Shown: positions 8,151 to 17,500 of the stretch, piece after piece | How the letters are laid out: each line of letters begins with the position of its first letter | Numbering within the stretch: position 1 is the stretch's first letter | Source of the DNA: a virus | Taxonomy: Duplodnaviria > Caudoviricetes | DNA length: 38,245 nt | Virus record (IMG/VR): IMGVR_UViG_3300048625_000129 | Span: 1-38,245 of that record | Strand: one strand, 5' to 3' | Program-made: the position numbers and the translations under genes | Notes under the pieces: generated by a model | Database searches by the model: none | Told to the model about the DNA's origin: nothing | Seen by the model: only the letters and a program-made list of their open reading frames with translations

Positions 8151-8198
8151 ACATCACTGCACATCACGACGGTTCATTTAAAACCATTTCAAACCATT
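8151..8198. repeat. 10-bp-period direct repeats, putative Xis/accessory sites
   Basis: ACATCAC at 8151 and 8161; AAACCATT at 8181 and 8191. Confidence 0.5.
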
Positions 8199-8268
8199 GT
8201 TTTCTGTTGCATTTTGCCTGTGTCCCACGCTAAACCGTTGCTGCGCAAGGCGCGCATGACTTTGGCAA

Positions 8269-8291
8269 TAGGACACCCGTTAGGACACCCG
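8269..8291. repeat. Right integrase arm-type site pair
   Basis: TAGGACACCCG twice with 12-bp period, just before the int start. Confidence 0.7.
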
Positions 8292-8295
8292 CACC

Positions 8296-9504
8296 ATGAT
8301 CAACGACCGCCAGATCAATTCAGCCATTAAGGCTTGCACAGGTGAAACCATCTTGCGCGACGGCGCTGCTGGGCGTGGCACTGGCACGCTCATGCTGATC
8401 ATTCGACGCACTGGCGCCGGCGTGAACGCCAGCTGGTTTGGCCAGTGGAAAACAGACGGCAAACGCTACAAGAAAGCGCTGGGCCGATACCCTGACATGT
8501 CGTTGCGCGATGCGCGTGACTGCTATGCCTTGCAGGTGCGTGCCGTGCTGGCATCCGGAAAAAGCCCGCGGGTGGTGGTCGCCGTCACTGAACGCCCAAC
8601 GGTGCAGCGACTGTTCGATGCCTACTGCGACCGGATGGTGGCCGATGGTAAGTCCAGCGCCGCGCAGGTACGCCACAGCTTGAACCAGGTGGCCGAATTC
8701 TTGGGGCCGAATCGACCGGCCGGCGACGTTGATGCGTCAGACGTGGCCGCGTTCCTCGCCCGCGTGTACGGCCGCGGCGCTGCGGTGTATGCCGACCGGT
8801 TCAGGTCCTACATGTCGGCCGCGTTCAATTACGGCATGAAGGCCGCGCACGACTACAGATCCGACCGTCGCCAAGACTGGGGCATCAAGATGAACCCAGT
8901 CACGGCCGTGCCCAAAGACACCGGCGCGGCCAAGGCACGCGACCGCGCGCTGTCTGCTGCTGAAATCGCGCAGCTGTGGCACGCCACGTCGGGGCCAGGG
9001 TTCGCGCTTGAAACGGCCGCCGCCATCCGGCTGCTGATCTGCTGTGGCCAGCGTGTGCGCGAAACGCTGCGCATGGACGCCAGCGAAATCGACCTAGCCA
9101 GCGCCACGTGGACCATGCCGGCAGAAAAGACCAAAGGCTGCCGCCTGCCGCACGTCGTGCCGTTGCCGGATCTGGCGCTGCCCACGCTGCGCTTGCTGCT
9201 GCAGGTGCGTCCCGCTGGGCTGCTGATGCCGATTTCGGACATGGGGATCTGCAAGGCTCTGGCGCGCTGGCGTGACACCGTCGGCGCCGAATACTTCCAG
9301 CCGCGGGATCTGCGCCGCACGTGGAAATCTCGCACGCATGACGCTGGCGTGGACCGCTACACCCGCGACCTGATCCAGCAGCACGCCATGGGTGACACTG
9401 GAACGCGCCACTATGACCGCGCCGACTACATGGCGCAGAAACGCGACGCCATGGCCAAGTGGAATGTGTGGCTGGAAAACTGCCTACAATCGACTGATGG
9501 ATGA
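8296..9504 (+). CDS. int: Tyrosine integrase with N-terminal arm-binding domain
   Basis: LGRYPDMSLRDAR arm domain; catalytic GQRVRE, K, RDLRRT, QQH, HYDR. Confidence 0.95.
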   Translation: MINDRQINSAIKACTGETILRDGAAGRGTGTLMLIIRRTGAGVNASWFGQWKTDGKRYKKALGRYPDMSLRDARDCYALQVRAVLASGKSPRVVVAVTERPTVQRLFDAYCDRMVADGKSSAAQVRHSLNQVAEFLGPNRPAGDVDASDVAAFLARVYGRGAAVYADRFRSYMSAAFNYGMKAAHDYRSDRRQDWGIKMNPVTAVPKDTGAAKARDRALSAAEIAQLWHATSGPGFALETAAAIRLLICCGQRVRETLRMDASEIDLASATWTMPAEKTKGCRLPHVVPLPDLALPTLRLLLQVRPAGLLMPISDMGICKALARWRDTVGAEYFQPRDLRRTWKSRTHDAGVDRYTRDLIQQHAMGDTGTRHYDRADYMAQKRDAMAKWNVWLENCLQSTDG

Positions 9505-9709
9505 AGCCGACGTCGCCAATGACATGATCATGCGTGAAATGAACTACCGCATCGCCGCTGTGCAAGCCGCGACTGCAAACCCGTCACCTCAAAACTGCGA
9601 ACGTTGCGATGATCCCATCACGCCCACACGTCGCGCTTTGAACCTTCGCCTGTGCATTGAATGCGCTAGGCTGAAAGAACGCAGCGACCGGATCTTCACT
9701 CGCCGGTGA
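9497..9709 (+). CDS. TraR/DksA C4 zinc-finger protein
   Basis: N-terminal DEADVA (DxxDxA), CERC..I..RR..LCIEC. Confidence 0.88.
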   Translation: MDEADVANDMIMREMNYRIAAVQAATANPSPQNCERCDDPITPTRRALNLRLCIECARLKERSDRIFTRR

Positions 9710-10193
9710 TGCCGTGGGCGTAGTCCTGCAGCCCTGTCACTTGGTTGCGGTACTCGTCAGCTCTTTCCGCCAGTCCTCGATATGCCTTTGCGCACCGTCC
9801 AAGTAACTGTCTTGCGGCACGGGCTTCATTAGCGAAGGCGGTGGCAGCGGGATCTGCGGGGACTGGACGGGCATTGAGTCGGTCGATCTGGTCGCGCAGG
9901 CTGTCAGCAGCAAGGGCAGCATCAGCAGCGCGCTTGGCCAGCTCGGTTTGTTTTTCGATGGCATTTTGTGCGACCCTTTCATTCTGTTTTTGCCAGGCGC
10001 GTTCGGTAGCGCGTGCAGCTGCTTCGGCCTTGGCGGTGTTCTCTGCGACTTCCATGCGATATGTGGCCAGCTCGGCCTTGGCCCATGACAGCCGAACGGT
10101 CTGCATGCCCAGCGCGCCAGTGAGAACGGCAATGGCCGCCAGTGGCAGCCATGGTGGAATGAAGCCGGTCAGGATCGACAGCAGCCGGCCCAT
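9696..10193 (-). CDS. Inner-membrane spanin (Rz-like)
   Basis: N-terminal TM, long coiled coil, follows endolysin, contains embedded lipoprotein ORF. Confidence 0.85.
   Translation of the reverse strand: MGRLLSILTGFIPPWLPLAAIAVLTGALGMQTVRLSWAKAELATYRMEVAENTAKAEAAARATERAWQKQNERVAQNAIEKQTELAKRAADAALAADSLRDQIDRLNARPVPADPAATAFANEARAARQLLGRCAKAYRGLAERADEYRNQVTGLQDYAHGITGE
9737..9964 (-). CDS. Outer-membrane spanin lipoprotein (Rz1-like), embedded in Rz
   Basis: Lipobox LLLTAC, Pro-rich mature part, alternate frame inside Rz. Confidence 0.85.
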   Translation of the reverse strand: MPSKNKPSWPSALLMLPLLLTACATRSTDSMPVQSPQIPLPPPSLMKPVPQDSYLDGAQRHIEDWRKELTSTATK

Positions 10194-10921
10194 CACAGCT
10201 TGCCTTTGTATTTCGGCATCCTGGTGTGCAGGACGTCTTCCACGTGGTGTCGGTTGATGTCGCAGGCGCTTCGGCCGGCGTACAGCGGTTTGGTTGATTT
10301 CAGGCATACTTTTTCGACGTGGCCGAACCACTTGTTGGGGTCACATCCATCACGCAGTCCGCAGGCTCTGCGCTCGTTCAAAACGCCACCCAGGCCGCCG
10401 TTGTAGGCTGCATCCGTCATGGCCAATTTTCCCTCTGGATCTGGCACCAGCTTGTCCAGCCGGTTCCAGCTGGCGCGCGTCATCAGGATCAGAACGCGCA
10501 TCTGCAGATCCGGCCGGCTGTAAACGGTTTCCCAGCGCAGATCGTTCAAGCCCTTGGCATCTAAGCGCTTGGCATCTTCCAGCGCATCGAATCGCGTGGA
10601 ACCGTCGGCCTTGAATGCGCGGGTCAGCTGGCCAAGGCCGGCGCCTTCCTCGCGGTCTGATTTCAGGCGCGACTTTGGGTTCCAGCACTTGCTGTGCGTC
10701 AGGCTGATGCAGCTTTCATGCTCGATCAGGGCGCCGAAATAGTTGGGAAATTGAAACGCCGGCCAGACGTCTTTGACCTGGGCTTTCAGCGTCGGCATGT
10801 ATTCCACTGCCTGTTCTGGAATGTAGGTCTTGACGTCTGGTGGTGGCGCGCGCTTGGCTGGCGCTGCACTGGCAGCCGCCGCCATGCTGAATGCGCACAG
10901 GATGGCCGCCAGGCGCTTCAC
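10193..10921 (-). CDS. Endolysin, lytic transglycosylase (SLT-like) with signal peptide
   Basis: IEHES, GAGLGQLT, AAYNGGLG motifs; GTG start overlaps holin stop; hydrophobic N-terminus ending ASA. Confidence 0.88.
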   Translation of the reverse strand: MKRLAAILCAFSMAAAASAAPAKRAPPPDVKTYIPEQAVEYMPTLKAQVKDVWPAFQFPNYFGALIEHESCISLTHSKCWNPKSRLKSDREEGAGLGQLTRAFKADGSTRFDALEDAKRLDAKGLNDLRWETVYSRPDLQMRVLILMTRASWNRLDKLVPDPEGKLAMTDAAYNGGLGGVLNERRACGLRDGCDPNKWFGHVEKVCLKSTKPLYAGRSACDINRHHVEDVLHTRMPKYKGKL

Positions 10922-11247
10922 TTTTGCACCTGTGCAAAGAACGACAGCAAGCCGCACAGCACCATGCCGCGCAGCAGACAGACGCCAAGGTAGGCGATGC
11001 CGGCCGCGTAGTTGCCCATGATCGACTGTTCGTACAGGTCTTCGCTCGATGCGCTGCCCAGCATGGCCTTGCCGATGCCGTATGCTACGCCGGTGACCAG
11101 CAGGGCCTGTGCCCACAGTTGGACGCGCAGGATGGTGTCAGCGAAGTTTGGCGACGGGTCGGTGTAGATGAACCAGCCCAAGATCAGCAATGGGACGATG
11201 GCGAACTGCGACGTGCGCGAATTGATGGCTGCAATGATTTGCTTCAT
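10918..11247 (-). CDS. Putative holin (3 TM)
   Basis: Three hydrophobic segments, directly upstream of endolysin. Confidence 0.65.
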   Translation of the reverse strand: MKQIIAAINSRTSQFAIVPLLILGWFIYTDPSPNFADTILRVQLWAQALLVTGVAYGIGKAMLGSASSEDLYEQSIMGNYAAGIAYLGVCLLRGMVLCGLLSFFAQVQK

Positions 11248-11251
11248 GGGG

Positions 11252-11737
11252 TCAAACTCCAAATTGCCCGAAGGCGAAAAGAACGGCACCCAGTGAACCG
11301 ACGCCCACCGATGCCCAGAACAGCGGCATGGTGACCGCCAAGATCGCTGCTGTGGACAGCACGATTCCGATTTGCAGGGCGCTGCCTGCGTATGTGAAAA
11401 ACACCGAACGGGCCTTGGCTGCGTCGCGCTCGGCTTCCAGCTGCTTGGCCTTGGCTTCCAGCTCGACCATGTCGGCCTTCATGCGCTTGGCTTCGGCTGT
11501 GTAGTGTTCAGCGACTGCCTTCGTGGGCGCCGTGTCTGCCGTGGTGGCGTAGACCACCGAACGCACGTTCTTAGCCTGATACCAGGCCCACACGTTGTTG
11601 GCCGCGATGGTGTTGGTCAGGACGCGGCCGCTGTTGCTGCCGCCGATCATGGTGTTGATGGCCAGCAGCGCAGCGAACGTCGTGATGACGATGGCAGCGC
11701 GTTTCTTGATGATGATTTCCAGTTCACTTCGTGTCAT
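11252..11737 (-). CDS. DUF4337-like membrane protein
   Basis: TM, NNVWAWYQAKNVR, coiled coil, LQIGIVLSTAAIL and final TM. Confidence 0.7.
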   Translation of the reverse strand: MTRSELEIIIKKRAAIVITTFAALLAINTMIGGSNSGRVLTNTIAANNVWAWYQAKNVRSVVYATTADTAPTKAVAEHYTAEAKRMKADMVELEAKAKQLEAERDAAKARSVFFTYAGSALQIGIVLSTAAILAVTMPLFWASVGVGSLGAVLFAFGQFGV

Positions 11738-12029
11738 CGGGGTCTTTCAGTTTTTGTTCCAGTTTGGATATTTTACGGTTTTGCTGCTCGATGACGGCGT
11801 CCTGCTTGGCCAAGCGTTTCGTGTTGTCTTTCCAGATCAGAAACGCCAACGGCAGACCCATCCACAGCGCCAGCGACAAGAAGATCACGACGACCCGAAA
11901 CCAGGCGGTGTCGGACCTGGCCATCCTAACGACCACAGCAGCGCCCACGCCCAGATCGTCAGACCCGCTACGACCGCCAGCGCCACCAGGCGGTCGATTA
12001 GAAAAATTTTGGTTTGGTCTTGTAGCCAT
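11724..12029 (-). CDS. Single-TM + coiled-coil protein (start 12029 or 11924), overlapping upstream gene
   Basis: VVVIFLSLALWMGLPLAFLIW then coiled coil; fills gap to DUF4337 gene. Confidence 0.6.
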   Translation of the reverse strand: MATRPNQNFSNRPPGGAGGRSGSDDLGVGAAVVVRMARSDTAWFRVVVIFLSLALWMGLPLAFLIWKDNTKRLAKQDAVIEQQNRKISKLEQKLKDPDDTK

Positions 12030-12625
12030 GCGTCGTTGTTCCGTTTGATGCGTTCGCGTTCTTTGCGTGCCTGCTGTTCCTCTTGAACCTGGCCGTAGAT
12101 CAGGTTGAAATTTTCCCACAAAGGACCAAGCTGTCGCGGGGCGCGCACTCGCATCATTTCGCTTAGTTTCATGTAGGCGCCGTCCAGCTCGTTCTTGATC
12201 TGCGACAGCTCCAAGATGTCACGCGGGTCTGGGCGGTCCATCGCGTAGACCTCGGCGTATCGCTGTTCGCAATACTCGGACAACGTGCGGTGCTGGCTGA
12301 AAAAATTGCCAACGTGCTGCACAAATTGCTGCACGACTTCATCCTCTGTCGGGATGTGTGTGGTGTATTCGTATTTGGGTTTTTTGCCTGGCTTGGCTGG
12401 TGCCGCTGCAGCGACAGGTGCGGCCTGTGCTGGCGCTGGCTTGGCCCCGAACAGCCCTTTGATGATGCCCCAGATGCCACGCACATCCTTCACGATCTGC
12501 TGCGCTTGTTCGGCCGCCTTCTTGATCTTTTGGACCTGTACGGTCCCTTCGCTTAACGCCTCACAGCAGTATTGAATCCCGCTGTAGGCGGCACGCAATG
12601 CAGCCAGCGCGGTGAATGGGTCCAC
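11885..12625 (-). CDS. Hypothetical helical protein with C-terminal TM (246 aa)
   Basis: MDPFTALAAL N-terminus, coiled coil, C-terminal hydrophobic helix. Confidence 0.8.
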   Translation of the reverse strand: MDPFTALAALRAAYSGIQYCCEALSEGTVQVQKIKKAAEQAQQIVKDVRGIWGIIKGLFGAKPAPAQAAPVAAAAPAKPGKKPKYEYTTHIPTEDEVVQQFVQHVGNFFSQHRTLSEYCEQRYAEVYAMDRPDPRDILELSQIKNELDGAYMKLSEMMRVRAPRQLGPLWENFNLIYGQVQEEQQARKERERIKRNNDAWLQDQTKIFLIDRLVALAVVAGLTIWAWALLWSLGWPGPTPPGFGSS

Positions 12626-12626
12626 A

Positions 12627-12869
12627 TCAGTTCAGCTGGTGGAACCAGGCGGCCAGCTTTGAGAATGTCGCGCCGACTGCGGCTGCAATGCCACCCACCA
12701 GCATCAGCGTCTTCCATCCACCTTTAGCCTCGGACAACGTGGCGCTGATCTTCGACAGCGTTTCGTTCATTTTCTGCATGTCCACGTGCAACTGCTTCAC
12801 CTGCTCTTGCAGAGCCTCAATCTGTGCATCGTGGCGTCCAAGGTCGTGGTGAATGTTAGGGGTTTCCAT
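12627..12869 (-). CDS. Coiled-coil + C-terminal TM protein (XhlA-like architecture)
   Basis: Heptad region then GGWKTLMLVGGIAAAVG; first gene of lysis block. Confidence 0.75.
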   Translation of the reverse strand: METPNIHHDLGRHDAQIEALQEQVKQLHVDMQKMNETLSKISATLSEAKGGWKTLMLVGGIAAAVGATFSKLAAWFHQLN

Positions 12870-12896
12870 GGTGTCGCTGTGTGTGGAATTGATGGC

Positions 12897-12921
12897 ATTT
12901 TACACGGCAGTTTTGACTGAC
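12897..12921 (-). promoter_or_regulatory. Putative lysis-block promoter: palindrome plus -10
   Basis: GGCAGT-TTTG-ACTGAC 12906-12921; TAAAAT 12902-12897 on minus strand. Confidence 0.5.
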
Positions 12922-12952
12922 CGCCATGTGAATGCCGTGTCTTTCGGTGATG

Positions 12953-13639
12953 TTATTCGTACAGGATGTTGACGTTTCCAGCGTCGAACACATCGGTGCC
13001 GCCAACGGTCGTAAAACGCAGTCGTGTCAGCACACCGGCCAGTGCCTTGGCGCCGCTGTTGTAGTAGCTGTTCGCACTTGTGGTGCGGGTAGTGTTGCCA
13101 CTTGCGACCCATGTGTTAGTCGCAGCATCTAGCAACGACAGCTGCATCACTCCTGAAACAAAGTCGCCCGCGCCAACGCCGCGACAGACCGCAAAGCCAG
13201 TGGCTTCTGTGTTGCGTCCACCCGCGTCAGCTGTCGAAGAATTGTAGCCAGTGGCTTCAATGCTGCTCGCGGTTCCAAGCTGAATCATCGGTGAGTTTGT
13301 GCCGTTGCTGCTCACGTTATTGAACATGACGGTGATGCGCTTCGCCCAGCTTGGGATGCTGGTGAAGTCTTTGGACGTGCCAGATGTGGTGGCTTGAACG
13401 GCTGCGGTCGTCAGCTGACGGATCTCTAGTGCATCTGTCAGTGTCAACCATGCAGTGTTTGCTGCGTTACGCTGCTTCAAAACGCCGGCAGTCGTGTCCT
13501 GCCACAGCATGTAGGCAAACGGTGCAGCTGGTTCAGTCAGGCCGCTGTTAAGGCTGACGACGGCCGCCAGTGCGCTGTTGATGTCAGCGCGAAAGCTCGC
13601 GCCGTCCTGGTTCTCGATGACGTAGTCGTGCTGGCTCAT
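12953..13639 (-). CDS. Tail fibre / receptor-binding protein 2
   Basis: N-terminal ~65 aa paralogous to fibre 1 (MSQHDY..RADIN.AL.A..S.NSG); beta-rich C-terminus. Confidence 0.75.
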   Translation of the reverse strand: MSQHDYVIENQDGASFRADINSALAAVVSLNSGLTEPAAPFAYMLWQDTTAGVLKQRNAANTAWLTLTDALEIRQLTTAAVQATTSGTSKDFTSIPSWAKRITVMFNNVSSNGTNSPMIQLGTASSIEATGYNSSTADAGGRNTEATGFAVCRGVGAGDFVSGVMQLSLLDAATNTWVASGNTTRTTSANSYYNSGAKALAGVLTRLRFTTVGGTDVFDAGNVNILYE

Positions 13640-13809
13640 ATATCGGCGGCAGCCAGCTGCTTGTCAGTTGGTCGAGAAAACGTTGGGTGTTCCCACTTTG
13701 CGATGTAGTCGCCGTTGCCATCGCTGTCGTTTTGCAAGCGGATGGTGTCCATGAAGTCACGGTCTGTGAGTTCAGGATAGATTGCTTTGATTTTTTCTGG
13801 AAGTGTCAT
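13636..13809 (-). CDS. XkdW-like small fibre-associated protein, 57 aa (not in ORF track)
   Basis: MTLPEKIKAIYPELTDRDF..LQNDSDGNGDYIAKWEHPTFSRPT; overlaps both fibre genes. Confidence 0.75.
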   Translation of the reverse strand: MTLPEKIKAIYPELTDRDFMDTIRLQNDSDGNGDYIAKWEHPTFSRPTDKQLAAADI

Positions 13810-14525
13810 CATGCTGCCCTCACAAGTAAGCCAGTCAAATACGTATACGCTGCGCCTGCATCAAATCTCGGGGTATTTGCTGCTTGGACAAGACCATAAA
13901 ACTCTACGTAGTCAGTTGAACCATTTAAGTAAAGCAACTTTGATGCAGTCACATAGCAGTTATTAAGTGCTCCAGTGCTTAGATAAATATTTGCGTCTGA
14001 AACTATTACTCCATTTTTTAAAATACGTGCCTCAACTTGTGTTTGAACGCCTGTTGCATTTCCACCTAGTTGTGCAGAAAATTGATAGTATCCAGCCACA
14101 TTTGGCATAAATGCATAAGCAGGAATACCGCCTACTGTTGACCCTGTGTTGTTAAAGCACGAAGCAGTGTCAAATTCTTTTGTGTTCAATGTGACTTTTG
14201 TACTGACGTTTGTAGTTACAAACTGAGCACCAGTTAAATAAGCACTGAACGCAGGGCCAGTACCAGCAACGCCAGCAGCGAGCTTGGCTTGAGCAATGCT
14301 TGCATCTGCAATCGCTCCAGCCGCAAAAGTTACCCATGCACTGTCAGCTGCATTTCTTATTTTGAAAATGCCTGTAGTCGTGTCGTACCAAAACATGAAC
14401 GGCTTGGTGGTAGTTGGCGCAGTCGCTCCGCTGTTCTGCGACAGAACCGCCAGCAGGGCGTTGTTGATGTCGGCGCGTACAGCGGCACCGCCGCCGTTCG
14501 CAATGTTGTAATCGTGTTGGCTCAT
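13809..14525 (-). CDS. Tail fibre / receptor-binding protein 1 with C1q-like C-terminus
   Basis: Shared N-terminal anchor; PAFSAY..FDT..F.PNVAGYYQF..YLNGSTDYVEFY. Confidence 0.8.
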   Translation of the reverse strand: MSQHDYNIANGGGAAVRADINNALLAVLSQNSGATAPTTTKPFMFWYDTTTGIFKIRNAADSAWVTFAAGAIADASIAQAKLAAGVAGTGPAFSAYLTGAQFVTTNVSTKVTLNTKEFDTASCFNNTGSTVGGIPAYAFMPNVAGYYQFSAQLGGNATGVQTQVEARILKNGVIVSDANIYLSTGALNNCYVTASKLLYLNGSTDYVEFYGLVQAANTPRFDAGAAYTYLTGLLVRAA

Positions 14526-14533
14526 TTTCGTCC

Positions 14534-17500
14534 TTAGTTCCTGTAACCGAAGCCCTTGGCGATCCAGTCCATGGTACGGGCCACGCCGGTGCCTGCGCTA
14601 TTCTTGAACTGAATTGTAAACCCTGCGGCAGATTTCGCGGTAATTAGCGCGTAGTCTCCGGTGGCCATGTTTTCTGCGGTGACAGCAATCGCTGGGGTTG
14701 CGTAGAACGCGTTGGGAAACGTGACGGACAATCCACCGGTGCCAACAGCAACATTGTTGGCGCTCTCAATGCGATCTGGAACGTCCACGGTCACGCCAAG
14801 CACCGACAGCGCCACTTGGTTGTTTGTATTTTCTCCGCGTGACAGCTTCACTTTGAATTTGAAAGCGCGCGACGTGTAGTCTCCAACGTAGAACAGGCGC
14901 CATGCTGACCATGTTGGTGTTCCAGCTGGATCCTCGTTTGTGGTGCTGATGTAGACCTGCAGCGTTGCATCGTCGAATGTGTTTGGCAGATCAATGTTTG
15001 CAATGGCATCCCAGCTTGTCCACGCATCCACGTAGTCTGTCGAAAGCTGGCCGTCATCGACAAAACCAAGACCGTCGATCATTCCCCATTCGTCGACCAA
15101 GTTGGTGATGTTGTATGACACAACGCTAAACGACGCGGTGACGCGGCTGGTATAGACGGCGCCAGTGTCGACATAATTGTCGAACTGATATTCACCTGAC
15201 GCGACCAGTCCGCCTTCCATGTTTGTGACAGCGTCGAAGTCGGTCATCGCGTCCACGTATGTGGACTGATCCAGCAGCAGTTTGTTGTTTAGCAGAACCA
15301 GATCTGTTTTGGTGCCTGCAAATGCAGGGTCCTGCTGTGACGATGCCACGGCGTTGAACTGCATGATGTTTGCCGCATCCGTTACGATCAGTGCTGCGTT
15401 CTGGCTCAAAATTCCACTGCTGTCCTTGGCTTTGGCCAGATAAGTGCCGGCGCGAAGTGGCACCGTGCCGTTCGTAGATGAACCTGGGAAATCGCCAACA
15501 GGCAGCGAAGTATTCCACTGCGCGCCTTCCAGTTCCTCGCTGTAGCGAATAGAAATTTGGCCGCCGATGCGAACGTCCAGATCTGCGTGGCTATCCCACT
15601 GCAATATGCCTGTGTCGGCTTGTACGGTCATTTGCAGGCCAGTGACGTCCGCTGGTCGCGCCGTCTTTCCAAGCACAGAAACAGAAAACGTATATGGCGT
15701 TGATCGAACACCCAACGAAGACAAAGATCTGATGGTGATCACGTATTCACCAGCCGGTGTATCCAACAGTTCAAGCGTGTTGGCGCCTGTTGTGACGATC
15801 ACGGCGTTGTCATTATTCACGCGGTAGCTGACTTCGTAAGTCGTGGCGCGTGCCACCTGATCCCATGTGATCGTTGCACCTACTTTGACGTCTGTCAGTG
15901 TGACGTACAGGTATTCCGTCAGCTTTCCGTTCGATGTTGGTGGTGGCGGATCATTCAGCTGCGTGATGTCACGCGTCTGCAGCACCAGGCCGTTTTCAAC
16001 GGCAGTGTATTTGTCTGGGTAGTGCTTCAGCGCCGTGATCTCGATGACGCCGTTTTCCTGCTCGGACATTGACAGCACGCGGAATGTCTGTGCTTCGACG
16101 GTGCTGGTCGACATGATCCACTGCGCGCCCACTTGTGGGGCCGCAGAGAATGCCGACGTGACGCTGACAACAGCGCCGACAGCGCCTGAAACGGTACGCG
16201 ATTCCACCGTTCCGTTTGGCAGCATGGCGTACAGCGTCCAGGTCGATGCGCCCAGTGTGACGGATGCGTCCAACGTGATCGCCGTTGTGCTGGCAGCGGT
16301 TATGCGGCCGCCAAGTCGTGCGCCGGCGCGTGACGCGTCAGCCACTTTAATGACTTGGCCAGGTCGTGCGATAGCGCCTTCGATTCCGGTGGCAAACGAC
16401 ACAACTTCGGACTGATAGCGCTCAGAAAACAGCAGCCAGCGTCCGACGCGGTTTGCCTGGCCACGGCTTGTGCAGCCCACGGCCACCACTTCGGTGGGCA
16501 CGACGCCAAAACGTGCAATAGCTTCCTGGTCTTCGACGTATTCGACTTTCTGCGCGTACATGTCGGCAGGATCGTTCCACGTGACCAATGCCACCGTGTG
16601 ACGCGCTTTGGCGCTGCTGCCGGTGTAGCTGAACTTGCCGTCCAGCACGTTGGCTTGCGTGTAAAGCGCCACAGGGTCGCTGGGCGAATCTTGCGACAGC
16701 GTCAGGCTGCCAGATGCCCAGTAAACCATCGAACGGAAACAGGACGCCAGATCCTGCACCAGCTTGAATGCCTCAACGCGGCTTTGCAGGTACATGTTGC
16801 ACGTGAAGCGCGGTTCGTAGCCACCAAAGCCGTTCGGGACCAACTGGTCGCAATATTGCGCGATGGTGTACAGCGCCCACTTATCGACCTGCGACGCGTC
16901 GATGAAGCTGCCGATGCCATACCTGGTGTTGGTGATGACGTCGTAGAAACACCAAGCTGGATTGTCGGTCCACGCGGTCTTGAATGTGCCGTTCCAGCTG
17001 CCGGTATAGGTGCGTGCCGCTGGGTCGTAGTTCACGGGAACCTTGACCTTCAGCAGCTTCATGTCGTAGGCGCGCGTAGGCACTCCGCTGAAGCTCTCAG
17101 AATCAAAACGCATCGCCACCAGCGCAGTGTTTGGATAGCGCAGGCGTCGTTCGATGATCTCGGTGTAGCTGTCAAAGTAGGTTTTGTTTTGCAGCTTCAG
17201 GTCGGTGCTGTCTTCGGTTAGACGACGCACGCGAATGTTCCATGGTCCATCGCCGTCTAGGTAGACCAAAAAGCTGCGCTGATACTTGCTTTGGGCCTTG
17301 CCACTGATCGTGTTGGCGATCTTTTGAACGTAGGCACCGCCGCCGCTTTGGACGTCGATGGCAATGTCCACCGTTGAACCGCTGATGCTGCCGTCGTCCT
17401 TTTGCTTGAACAGCGACTGAACGCTTAATGTGACGCGCACGCAGTTCACGTCTGGATTGCTCACTGAACGGACGACGTCTGCGGTCGATTTTAATTCGAC

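Noticed and set aside
8094-8170. Complete phage tRNA-Lys gene
   Set aside because: Similarity stops at the anticodon stem; no D-arm or 5' acceptor strand, so it is an att core
9298-9321. Inactive integrase because HxxR reads RDLR
   Set aside because: This histidine is variable among tyrosine recombinases; the other catalytic residues and attP are intact
12953-14525. Invertible fibre switch or diversity-generating retroelement
   Set aside because: Fibre genes are in direct orientation; no invertase, inverted crossover sites, reverse transcriptase or adenine-variant repeat pair seen
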